19,885 bases of DNA from Pedosphaera sp. (GTDB lineage Bacteria; Verrucomicrobiota; Verrucomicrobiia; Limisphaerales; SIBH01), in contig JANOQV010000248.1 of NCBI GenBank assembly GCA_031414955.1, positions 1 to 19,885 on the forward strand, written 5' to 3'. Below, piece by piece: positions 1-8,293 of this stretch (its first letter is position 1; each line of letters begins with the position of its first letter). The notes under the pieces were generated by a model, which saw nothing but the letters and a program-made list of their open reading frames with translations, had not been told where the DNA came from and made no database searches. The position numbers and the translations under genes were made by a program.

Positions 1-228
1 GCCGCTTCAAGCGGGCCGGACAATTTTGGACGCGGCCCGGCTTGCGCGCTCTGCTCGCCCTCGACGAAGCCCGCCGCAACCACCATTGGGATCAACTCTG
101 GCAACCCGCCTAATTAAGAACGGTGTACGGATGCACCCGTCCCGCAGTTTCGCCCTTAACTCAGCTTGACGCGCCCACGGCGCGGGACTATCACGCCATG
201 ACACCCCAAAAGTTTGCGGAGGCAATTT

Positions 229-1794
229 ATGAAGACCATACATACTCGTCGGGAATTCCTCGGTGAAGTCGGCCGTGGGATGGTGGTGGCCAGCGTCGGT
301 TACTCGCTGGCCTCAGAACTGGGCCTGGCCACGGCCTTCGCCGCAGACCCGCCCGAGGCGCTGCATTTCGGCGCGCTGGAACCACTCGTCTGTCTCATGC
401 AGGAGACGCCCGCAAACAAGTTGTTGCCCAAGCTCGCCGGGAAATTGAAAGGCGGCACTGACCTGACACAGCTTGTGACGGCCGCCGCGCTGGCCAACGC
501 CCGCACCTTTGGCGGCGAAGATTATGTGGGGTTCCACACCATGATGGCACTGTCCCCATCGCTCCACCTCGCCCGTGAGCTGCCCGCCGCGCAGCAGCCG
601 TTGCCGGTGTTCAAAGTTCTTTATCGCAACACCAACCGCATTCAGGAAAAGGGCGGTCGCAAGGACGAAGTGCTTCATCCCGTGACTGCATCCAGCCTGC
701 CCCGCTCTCCCGGCGGCACCACGAAGGCCTTGCACGAGGCCGTCCATGCACGGGACGCCGCGCTGGCCGAGAAAGTTTTGGCCGCCAGCGTGCAGGAGTC
801 CGCCGACCAGGCGTTCAACGACCTGCTGTACACGGTGCAGGACCAGACCGAGGTCCATCGTGTCGTGCTGCCGTATCGCGCCTGGGATTTGCTCGACCTG
901 ATCGGGCGCGAGCACGCGCAGACCATGCTGCGCCAGTCGGTGCGTTACTGCGTGAAGGCTGAATCCTGGCCGCGCAACGCCAGCATGGACGAGCCGCGCA
1001 ACTTGCTGCCGAAGCTGCTCGAACAACACCGCCTGCTCGACCGCAAACCCGGCACGCGCGCGGGCGATGACGCCTGGGTGGACCAACTCAGCCAGACCAT
1101 TTTCAAATCCACGCCCGCGCAAGCGGCCGAAGCCGCGGCGGCCTCGCTCGAAGAAGGATTCGCCCCCGCCGATGTCGGCGAGGCCATCTCGCTCGCGGCC
1201 AATCAACTCATCCTCCGCGACATGGGCCGCACCCCGCGCGACGAACAGGCGGGCAAGCCCGTGGGCAGCGTCCACGGCGACAGCATCGGCGTGCATGCCT
1301 GCGACAGCGCCAACGCCTGGCGCAACATGGCGCGCGTGACCAAGTCCCGGAACACTTTCGCCTGTCTCATCCTCGGCGCATATCAAGTCGCGCTCGACCG
1401 CGGCAATCGCGGGGGCGACTTCCTGAACTGGCAGCCCTTGCCGGTGAAGTGGCAGCTCGATGGCCTCAAGACGACCGAGGCCGAAGCTCTGCTACGCGAA
1501 GCCGATGAAGCCATCCGCCAGAATCTCCAGTCCCGTGCCGCCGCCATCATTCATCGCTACGGCGAACTGGGTCATGCCGCGCGGCCTGTCTTTGATCTGA
1601 TGCTGCTCTACGCAGTGAGCGAGGATGGCGCGCTGCACGCAGAGAAGTATTACCGCACCGTCACCGAGGAATTTGCCGCCACCCGCCCGGCTTATCGCTG
1701 GCGGCAGCTCACGGCCCTCGCCCGCGTCACGGCCAGCGAGTTCGGTCGGCCTGCCGCCGGCCTGGCGGAAGCGCGGGAATTGTTGAAGGTGTGA
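229..1794 (+). CDS. Conserved hypothetical helical protein with twin-arginine-like signal; possible His-ligated metalloprotein
   Basis: 521-aa ORF from ATG 229 (track starts at 214). N-terminus TRREFL followed by a hydrophobic stretch ending AFA. Two-fold internal repeat carrying His motifs GFHT, EVHR, GVHA, ALHA. Confidence 0.75.
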   Translation: MKTIHTRREFLGEVGRGMVVASVGYSLASELGLATAFAADPPEALHFGALEPLVCLMQETPANKLLPKLAGKLKGGTDLTQLVTAAALANARTFGGEDYVGFHTMMALSPSLHLARELPAAQQPLPVFKVLYRNTNRIQEKGGRKDEVLHPVTASSLPRSPGGTTKALHEAVHARDAALAEKVLAASVQESADQAFNDLLYTVQDQTEVHRVVLPYRAWDLLDLIGREHAQTMLRQSVRYCVKAESWPRNASMDEPRNLLPKLLEQHRLLDRKPGTRAGDDAWVDQLSQTIFKSTPAQAAEAAAASLEEGFAPADVGEAISLAANQLILRDMGRTPRDEQAGKPVGSVHGDSIGVHACDSANAWRNMARVTKSRNTFACLILGAYQVALDRGNRGGDFLNWQPLPVKWQLDGLKTTEAEALLREADEAIRQNLQSRAAAIIHRYGELGHAARPVFDLMLLYAVSEDGALHAEKYYRTVTEEFAATRPAYRWRQLTALARVTASEFGRPAAGLAEARELLKV

Positions 1795-1913
1795 GTTTCT
1801 CCCGTGGCGCGCGGGCGCCTCCAGGCCACAGGCTCTGATTCAGGGGCGGCAAGTTCACCCGGACCGGCAGTTCCGCGCTTCCGTCCTGGCAAGTCGCCTC
1901 CCCAGTTTGAACC

Positions 1914-1941
1914 TTGAACTTCGCGACGCACTCCCTAGCCT
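1914..1941 (+). promoter_or_regulatory. Putative sigma70 promoter of gatCA, probably leaderless
   Basis: TTGAAC (1914-1919), 16 bp spacer, TAGCCT (1936-1941), then ATG 7 nt later with no Shine-Dalgarno. Confidence 0.4.
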
Positions 1942-1948
1942 CACGCGC

Positions 1949-2236
1949 ATGTCAGCTCAGGGTTTTGATGTCAAATATGTCGCTCATCTCGCACGCCTCG
2001 CGCTCACGCCCGAGGAGGAGCAAAAGTTTCAGGCGCAGCTCGGGAACATCCTCGGCTACATCGCCAAGCTGAACGAACTCGACGTGAGCAACGTCGAGCC
2101 GACCGCCCACGCCGTGCCGCTCGTGAACGTGACCCGCGCCGACGAGATTCGCCCCTCGCTGCCGCACGACGAAGCCATGCGCAACGCGCCCTCGCAGGTT
2201 GGTGGATTGTTCCAGGTGCCAAAGATCGTCGAGTGA
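1949..2236 (+). CDS. gatC: Asp-tRNA(Asn)/Glu-tRNA(Gln) amidotransferase subunit C
   Basis: DVKYVAHLARL...ILGYIAKLNELDVSNVEPT...R.DE...NAP...LFQVPKIVE is the GatC pattern; lies directly upstream of gatA. ATG 1949 preferred over 1907. Confidence 0.95.
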   Translation: MSAQGFDVKYVAHLARLALTPEEEQKFQAQLGNILGYIAKLNELDVSNVEPTAHAVPLVNVTRADEIRPSLPHDEAMRNAPSQVGGLFQVPKIVE

Positions 2237-2281
2237 GCCACGCCTGCCGTTCACGCTTCACCCATCAAGTTTTTAGCCCCG

Positions 2282-3745
2282 ATGCTCAACCAACTCACCA
2301 TCTCCGAACTCCAACAGCGCCTCGTCTCGCGCGAAGTCTCCGCCCGTCAGGCCGTGCAGTCCTGCCTTGAGCAGATCAAGCGCGTCGATGGCCAGGTCAA
2401 AGCCTTCCTCAGCTACGACGAAGCCGACGCCTTGAGCGCGGCGGATGCCGTGGACAAACTCATCGCGGGCGGCGCGACGCCCGCGACGCATCCCCTGCTC
2501 GGCGCGCCCATCGGGGTGAAAGACGTGCTGGCGGTGAAGGGCCATCCGCTCAATTGCGCCTCGAAGATTCTGGGCAACTTCATCTCGCCTTACGACGCGA
2601 CGGTGATCGAGAAACTTCGCGCCGCCGGGGCCATCGTGTTCGGGCGCTTGAACATGGATGAATTCGCCATGGGCAGCTCGACGGAGAACTCGGCGTTCTT
2701 CACCACGCGCAATCCCTGGGACACCACGCGCATTCCAGGCGGTTCGTCAGGCGGCTCGGCGGCGGCGGTGGCGGCGGATGAATGCGCCGCCTCGCTCGGC
2801 TCCGACACGGGCGGCTCCATTCGCCAGCCGGCTGCATTGTGCGGCTGCGTGGGCTTGAAGCCGACCTACGGGCGCGTCTCGCGCTATGGACTCGTGGCGT
2901 TCGCTTCGTCGCTCGATCAAATCGGCCCGTTCACCAAGGACGTGCGCGACTCCGCGCTCCTGCTCCGCGCCATCAGCGGCTACGACGACAAGGATTCCAC
3001 CAGCATTCCCGAGCCAGTGCCCGATTACGCCGCCGCGCTCGACGGAAATATTCGCGGGCTGAAGATTGGTTTGCCCAAGGAGTATTTCATATCCGGCTTG
3101 AGCAAGGACGTGAGCGACGCGGTGAACGCCGCCGTGAAGAAGCTCACTGAGTTGGGCGCGGAGGTCGTGGAGATTTCCCTGCCGCACACCGAATACGCCG
3201 CCGCGACTTATTACATTATCGCGCCCGCTGAGGCCTCGGCGAATTTGGCGCGCTTCGACGGCATCCGCTACGGCGCGCGTGTGGCCGGCGCGGACCCCCT
3301 CGAGCTTTACAGCAAGACGCGCGGCCAGGGCTTCGGTCCCGAAGTGAAGCGCCGCATCATACTCGGCACCTATGTTCTCAGCAGCGGTTACTACGACGCG
3401 TTCTACCTGCGCGCGCAAAAAGTTCGCACGCTCATCCGGCAGGATTTCATCAAGGCTTTCGAGCAGGTCGATGCCATCGTCACGCCCACCACGCCGACGC
3501 CGGCGTTCAAGATCGGCGAGAAGAGCGATGACCCGATCCAGATGTATCTCTCCGACGTGTTCACCATCTCGTGCAACCTCGCCGGCATCTGCGGCCTGAG
3601 CCTGCCCTGCGGCTTCAGCGCGAATCCCAAGCTGCCCATTGGCCTGCAACTGCTGGGCAAGCCGTTTGGTGAATCAACCATTCTGAAAATCGCGCACGCC
3701 TACGAGCAATCAACCGAGTGGCACAAGGAGAAGCCGAGTCTTTAA
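2282..3745 (+). CDS. gatA: Asp-tRNA(Asn)/Glu-tRNA(Gln) amidotransferase subunit A
   Basis: Amidase signature ([46 protein letters not shown]) and GatA-specific [15 protein letters not shown] and [22 protein letters not shown]. Confidence 0.97.
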   Translation: MLNQLTISELQQRLVSREVSARQAVQSCLEQIKRVDGQVKAFLSYDEADALSAADAVDKLIAGGATPATHPLLGAPIGVKDVLAVKGHPLNCASKILGNFISPYDATVIEKLRAAGAIVFGRLNMDEFAMGSSTENSAFFTTRNPWDTTRIPGGSSGGSAAAVAADECAASLGSDTGGSIRQPAALCGCVGLKPTYGRVSRYGLVAFASSLDQIGPFTKDVRDSALLLRAISGYDDKDSTSIPEPVPDYAAALDGNIRGLKIGLPKEYFISGLSKDVSDAVNAAVKKLTELGAEVVEISLPHTEYAAATYYIIAPAEASANLARFDGIRYGARVAGADPLELYSKTRGQGFGPEVKRRIILGTYVLSSGYYDAFYLRAQKVRTLIRQDFIKAFEQVDAIVTPTTPTPAFKIGEKSDDPIQMYLSDVFTISCNLAGICGLSLPCGFSANPKLPIGLQLLGKPFGESTILKIAHAYEQSTEWHKEKPSL

Positions 3746-3747
3746 GC

Positions 3748-3857
3748 GTGCCCCCGGCGTCCCGCCGGGTCGGGGTACCGAAAGTCAGATCGTCTGCTTC
3801 CGCGCCGAGGCACACTCGTCGTGATCCACCCGGAACCCGGCGGGACGCCGGGGGCAC
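3748..3857. repeat. REP-like inverted-repeat doublet, family A (GTGCCCCCGGC...)
   Basis: Perfect 23-bp inverted repeat GTGCCCCCGGCGTCCCGCCGGGT (3748-3770 / 3835-3857) between convergent genes; same family as 11170-11242. Confidence 0.85.
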
Positions 3858-3862
3858 TCTAT

Positions 3863-4789
3863 TTAGCCAATGAACCCGCGCATCTCCTTGAGTAGTCGCG
3901 GCACGGCAACCCACGGGTCTTCCGCCGCTTCGTATTCGAGCGCGACGTAGCCCTGGTAATTCGCGGCGCGGAGAATCTTCACGATGCGCGGCAAATCGAC
4001 GGGCTGCTTCTCTTTCACGCCGCGCGGCTGGACCTCGGCCTTCCATTGCACGTTCACGGCGTAAGGCGCGATGAGTTCGAGATCGCGATAAGGATCATCG
4101 GTGTGGAAATTGCCCGAGTCGAAGTTGATGCCGAACCATAGGCTTTTCACCGCGCGCACAATTTCGAGCAGGTCCGCGGCCTCGGCCACGATGCCGCCGT
4201 GATTCTCCAGGCCAAGGATGACGCCCTTCTTGCCGGCGTAGTCGCAGCACTCTTCAAATGCCTCAATGCAAAGTTTCTTCGCCTCACCTTTGGTGGAACC
4301 CTTCTGCACCTCACCAGCGAAGACGCGGATGTGCGGCGTGCCCATAATGGCGGCGTGGTTGATCCAATCTTTCACTGACTGAATCTCCGCGTCGCGCTTG
4401 GTCCCGGCCGGATGAGTGAACGTGTTGCCCACGGCGGTTCCGCTGATCGGCACGCCGCGCAGGAAGGCGTGGCGCTTGAGCTGGAGCAGGTAATTGCCGG
4501 TGACCTTGGCCGGGAAGAAATAGCTGGTCACTTCGGCGGCGCAGGATTGCGCGGCGCAGTAGTCGATGAACTGCATCATGTCGATACGCCTGGCCGGGTC
4601 GGACTTGGGATCGATGCCCTTCCCTTCCTTGAAGTACTGCCGGAAGGAATATGCGGCGAGGCTGGACATCAGCTTGGGCTGGCCGGAACGCGGAATCGGC
4701 TCAATGCCGAAAACCATCGGTGCGCAAGCGGCGGCGGCGGCAGCAGCCGTGCGGCCAAGAAATTCACGACGCGAAGTGGTGTTTTGCAT
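3863..4789 (-). CDS. Sugar phosphate isomerase/epimerase (xylose isomerase-like TIM barrel) with Tat-like signal
   Basis: SRREFLG plus Ala-rich signal. Metal-site motifs IRVFAG, LGLENHGG, INFDSGNF and YQGYVALEYE. Start ATG 4789. Confidence 0.88.
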   Translation of the reverse strand: MQNTTSRREFLGRTAAAAAAACAPMVFGIEPIPRSGQPKLMSSLAAYSFRQYFKEGKGIDPKSDPARRIDMMQFIDYCAAQSCAAEVTSYFFPAKVTGNYLLQLKRHAFLRGVPISGTAVGNTFTHPAGTKRDAEIQSVKDWINHAAIMGTPHIRVFAGEVQKGSTKGEAKKLCIEAFEECCDYAGKKGVILGLENHGGIVAEAADLLEIVRAVKSLWFGINFDSGNFHTDDPYRDLELIAPYAVNVQWKAEVQPRGVKEKQPVDLPRIVKILRAANYQGYVALEYEAAEDPWVAVPRLLKEMRGFIG

Positions 4790-4871
4790 GGACGGAGAAT
4801 AGCACACGAGCGGGAGCCGGGAGCAAGGGCTTGGCGATCTCAGCGACGCAGCATGACTTCCGTGGCCGTGC

Positions 4872-5001
4872 TATTTTTCTGCCGGTAAATCTTTCTGCCA
4901 TAATCTCCGGAGCGCTGTGAATTCTCCTGCGCGGCTGGCGCTGACGCATCCTGTCGGGGACGGACGGATTCATGGCAGGAAAATTTTCCGGCAGAAATAT
5001 A
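4872..5001. repeat. Imperfect inverted-repeat doublet, family B (TTTCTGCC units)
   Basis: TATTTTTCTGCCGGTAAATCTTTCTGCCAT (4872-4901) versus the reverse complement of 4972-5001: 26/30 identical. Each arm holds two tandem TTTCTGCC-like units. Confidence 0.7.
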
Positions 5002-5014
5002 CCGACTCCACGGT

Positions 5015-6415
5015 TCATCCCTGGCTTGCAGCCAGGGCAGTCAGCAACACTCGGCGGTGGGCGCTGGTGAAGGGAAGCTGGTCGCAGGCGATCCGGGAAA
5101 TCCATTGCCCAGACCGGGCCGGAAGCGAACCACCTCGGTTCCCTCCACGAAACACTTCGAGCGTGATGCGATAGCGCGTAATGGTGTGCTTCACGGTCGC
5201 GAGCCGGACGGGATCGGTCAGCACGCTGCCGAGTTCGGACTCCAACAGGCTGCGAGCCTGTGCCTCGCCAGCCTTGAGCGGCACCTCCACGTTCGGAAAT
5301 TCCCACAAGTGCGCGTTCACGACTCCGGCCGGACGCTGGCGCACGAGAAACTGCCCATCCCGTTCCAGCACGCAGGCGAGAAAGCGCCGTGCCGTGGCCG
5401 GGGCGCGTGGGCCGAGATTAGGAAGTTCTTCCGTGAGTTCATCCCGCCGCGCCACGCACTGCGCGGCGAGCGCGCAAACATCGCAGCGCGCCTGGCGCGG
5501 GGTGCAGACGAGAGCGCCGAGTTCCATGAGAGATTGATTCAGCGCGGAGCAAGGGCCGCTCAGCACGAGCGCTGGCAAACGTCCTGGAGACTGGCTGACG
5601 ATTCTCCCTCTCCCCTCAACGGGGAGAGGGCCGGGGTGAGGGGTGGAACCGAGGCGGAACTCCCGCAATCGCGAAAGTCTTTCGACCGCACCACCCCTCA
5701 CCCTCAATCCCTCTCCCCGTTGAGGGGAGAGGGAAGCCGGAGCCGCAGCCGTGACCAAATCCTCGGCCAGCTTCCACAGCCGCGCATTCGTCTCCTTCTC
5801 CCGCACGTTCTCGCGCAGGCCGAACACGCGCGCCAGCACGCGAATAACGTTGCCATCAAGGATGGGCACGGGCTGGTTGAACGCGATGCTGCACACCGCG
5901 CCCGCCGTGTAGCGGCCGATGCCAGGCAAAGCGAGCACGTCCTCAAAGTTCATAGGAAATTTGCCGCCGTGGTTTGCCGCGATGAACTGCGCAGCCTTCT
6001 GCATGTTGCGCACGCGGGTGTAGTAGCCCAACCCCTCCCAGAGCTTGTGAATCTTCTCCGAGGAAGCGCGGGCCAGCGCGGCGACGCAGGGCAACTCCTT
6101 CATCCAACGCTCGTAGTAAGGAATGACCGTCTTCACCTGCGTCTGTTGCAGCATGATTTCCGAGACCCACACCGCGTACGGATCGAGCGTGCGCCGCCAG
6201 GGCAGATCGCGGGCGTGGGCAAGAAACCACGTCAACAAAGGTGCAACCAGTTTCCCCGGAGCGCGGCCTTCAGGCCGCTTCACCGCCCGTAATTTCCGGG
6301 CTGGCTGCATTGGGCCTGATCCTCCCGCGGGCAACTCGTCGAAGCGGCGTGAACGCCGCGCTCCGTCGCGACCTTGGACTTTGGACCTTGGACTTTGGAC
6401 TTTTTTCCCGCGCAC
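5015..6415 (-). CDS. mutY: A/G-specific adenine DNA glycosylase MutY, carrying in-frame repeat insertions; start uncertain (GTG 6415 or ATG 6310)
   Basis: RDLPWRRTLDPYAVWVSEIMLQQTQV, WEGLGYYTRVRN, HhH LPGIGRYTAGA, DGNVIRVLAR, [4Fe-4S] C-x6-C-x2-C-x5-C, and C-terminal NUDIX-like domain (LWEFP, HTITRY). Confidence 0.95.
   Translation of the reverse strand: MRGKKVQSPRSKVQGRDGARRSRRFDELPAGGSGPMQPARKLRAVKRPEGRAPGKLVAPLLTWFLAHARDLPWRRTLDPYAVWVSEIMLQQTQVKTVIPYYERWMKELPCVAALARASSEKIHKLWEGLGYYTRVRNMQKAAQFIAANHGGKFPMNFEDVLALPGIGRYTAGAVCSIAFNQPVPILDGNVIRVLARVFGLRENVREKETNARLWKLAEDLVTAAAPASLSPQRGEGLRVRGGAVERLSRLREFRLGSTPHPGPLPVEGRGRIVSQSPGRLPALVLSGPCSALNQSLMELGALVCTPRQARCDVCALAAQCVARRDELTEELPNLGPRAPATARRFLACVLERDGQFLVRQRPAGVVNAHLWEFPNVEVPLKAGEAQARSLLESELGSVLTDPVRLATVKHTITRYRITLEVFRGGNRGGSLPARSGQWISRIACDQLPFTSAHRRVLLTALAASQG
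5605..5734. repeat. 130-bp palindromic doublet, family C (CCCTCTCCCC..GGGGAGAGGG), inside the mutY coding sequence
   Basis: Arms 5605-5646 and 5691-5734 are inverted copies (26 bp identical, short indel, 13 bp identical). Each arm has its own 10-bp hairpin CCCTCTCCCC-N5-GGGGAGAGGG. Confidence 0.9.
6258..6364. repeat. REP-like doublet, family D (GGAGCGCGGC...GCCGCTTC), in the mutY 5' region
   Basis: GGAGCGCGGCCTTCAGGCCGCTTC (6258-6281) versus the reverse complement of 6341-6364, GGAGCGCGGCGTTCACGCCGCTTC: 22/24. The two differences are compensatory within the internal hairpin. Confidence 0.85.
6374..6401. repeat. Tandem heptamer repeat (TTGGACY)x4
   Basis: TTGGACT TTGGACC TTGGACT TTGGACT read directly. 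Confidence 0.85.
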
Positions 6416-6482
6416 AGTTGCCGAGGTTACAGGCTCGTTCTAGGCTCGCGCCAGCCGTGAAGTTTCAATCACCGAACATCCA

Positions 6483-7451
6483 ATGGAAAAGCCGCCGCTG
6501 ACGAGCCACACCTGCAAGCTGACCGCCGCGCAGGCCGACGCGTTGCACACCCAACTCAAGGAGTGCGGCTTCGAGTTTCGCGCGGTGCCTTATGCGCGCT
6601 TCGCCGGGGCGAAGGACAAGCTCAACGTCGTCTTCTACGAGAGCGGTAAACTGGTCGTACAAGGCAAGGGCACGCAGGAGTTCGTCGAGTTCGTCCTGGA
6701 GCCGCAGATTCTTCAGCAGGCGAAACTGGGCTACGAGGAGGTGTTGAATCCCGACCTGCTGCTGGCCCGCTTCGGCGTGGACGAATCAGGCAAGGGCGAC
6801 TTCTTCGGCCCGCTCTGCGTCGCGGGCGTGTACGTCAATGAATCCGTGGTGCGCGCGTGGAAAAATTCCGGCATCCGCGACTCGAAGAACATTTCCAGCG
6901 ACAAGAAAATGGCCGAGTTGGCTGAACTGATTCGCGACACGCCGGGCTGCGTGACCAGCGTGGTGCCCATCGGCAACGAAGCCTACAACCGGCTCTACGC
7001 GAAGATGAAAAGCGTGAACACATTGCTGGCCTGGGGCCACGCGCGTGTCATTGAAAACCTGATGCTGCAAAAGCATCGCATGAAGCCCGCGCCCGTCCGC
7101 GCCATCAGCGATCAGTTTGCCTCGAGCAAGGACGTGGTGGCGAAGTCACTCATGGCGCTGGGACGTGAAATCGAACTGGTGCAGCGCCACAAGGCGGAAG
7201 AAGACATCGCCGTGGCCGCGGCTTCCATCCTGGCCCGGCATGAATTCGTGTCACGCCTCGCTGCCTTGGAGAAGGAGTTCGGGATGAAGCTGCCCAAGGG
7301 CGCGTCCGCCGCCGTCGATGCTGCCGCGAAGGATTTTATTGCCCAACAGGGCGTGGAAAATCTGTCCAAGGTGGCGAAGATGCACTTCCGCACCGCACTC
7401 CGGGCCCAAGGATTGCCCGAGCCGCCAAAGGTCGAGTGGCGAAAGCGTTAG
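6483..7451 (+). CDS. rnhC: Ribonuclease HIII
   Basis: N-terminal TBP-like domain (VVFYESGKLVVQGKG) plus RNase HII/III motifs GVDESGKGDFFGPL, GIRDSK, AISDQF, KAEEDIAVAAASILAR and KVAKMHF. Confidence 0.93.
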   Translation: MEKPPLTSHTCKLTAAQADALHTQLKECGFEFRAVPYARFAGAKDKLNVVFYESGKLVVQGKGTQEFVEFVLEPQILQQAKLGYEEVLNPDLLLARFGVDESGKGDFFGPLCVAGVYVNESVVRAWKNSGIRDSKNISSDKKMAELAELIRDTPGCVTSVVPIGNEAYNRLYAKMKSVNTLLAWGHARVIENLMLQKHRMKPAPVRAISDQFASSKDVVAKSLMALGREIELVQRHKAEEDIAVAAASILARHEFVSRLAALEKEFGMKLPKGASAAVDAAAKDFIAQQGVENLSKVAKMHFRTALRAQGLPEPPKVEWRKR

Positions 7452-8293
7452 CGGCACTCGCGCGTGATCAGTTCTTCCAGCTTCTCCCGCAACCGCTCCG
7501 TCACGGGCGAGCCGTGCAGAGCCTGCCCATCGATGGATTCCGCCTCCACGACTCCGCGCGTGCTGAGGGAGAGGAACACGCCGTCGGTTTCCTTCAATTG
7601 ATCCGGCCGGATGTTTTTTTCCCGCCACGGCAGGCCGATCGAATCGCAAATTTCCCGAATCACTCCGCGTGTCACGCCGGGCAGCGCGCCCGTCGAGAAC
7701 GGAGGCGTGCAAACCGCCACGCCTTCGATCCAGAACACATTGCTCGTGCTGCCCTCGGTCACATGGCCGTCGGTGTTCACCAGCAGGGCTTCATCGGCCT
7801 GACGCGCCCGCGCCTCGGAGGCGGCCAGAACTTGCAGAAGCCGGCTGCACGACTTGTGTCCGGCCAGGGGATCATTCGCCGCGACGCGCGCCGAGCACAC
7901 GGTCAGCTTCCAGCGAACCGCTGCGAGCGCGCGGCGGACCGGTGCCGGATGCAGCGTCATCACGATGAGGGGATTCTCCTCGCCGGTCGGTGCGTAACCG
8001 CGCGGCCCGACCCCTCGCGAGACCTGGAGGCGCAGCACCGCGTCAGTAAGGCCATTCCTCGCGATGAGTTCCTGCGCGGCGCGGAACATCTCCTCGCGGG
8101 AATACGGCAGCCGGAGTTGCAGCCACGCGGCGCTGCGTTCCAGCCGCGCCGCGTGTTCCGCCCAGCGGAACATCTTGCCGTTCGCGACGAGGATGGTTTC
8201 AAACAATCCGTCGCCATAACGAAAGCTGCGGTCGAAGACGGACACGACCGCCTGTGCTTCCGGGATGAAAGCTCCGTTGAGGAAGACAATCAT
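7448..8293 (-). CDS. Class IV PLP-dependent aminotransferase (IlvE/PabC/Dat family)
   Basis: True start MIVFLNG at 8293, overlapping the upstream stop as ATGA. Motifs DRSFRYGDGLFET, HAARL, catalytic HKS, EGSTSN and LPGVTR. Confidence 0.9.
   Translation of the reverse strand: MIVFLNGAFIPEAQAVVSVFDRSFRYGDGLFETILVANGKMFRWAEHAARLERSAAWLQLRLPYSREEMFRAAQELIARNGLTDAVLRLQVSRGVGPRGYAPTGEENPLIVMTLHPAPVRRALAAVRWKLTVCSARVAANDPLAGHKSCSRLLQVLAASEARARQADEALLVNTDGHVTEGSTSNVFWIEGVAVCTPPFSTGALPGVTRGVIREICDSIGLPWREKNIRPDQLKETDGVFLSLSTRGVVEAESIDGQALHGSPVTERLREKLEELITRECR

Noticed and set aside
1..228. Possible gene end or riboswitch at the window start
   Set aside because: Only a weak promoter-like TTGACG-17-TATCAC; no recognisable RNA motif or credible ORF.
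5605..5734. mutY insertion as an intein or self-splicing intron
   Set aside because: Too short, lacks intein C1/HN-C motifs and group I/II features; fully explained by a DNA palindrome.
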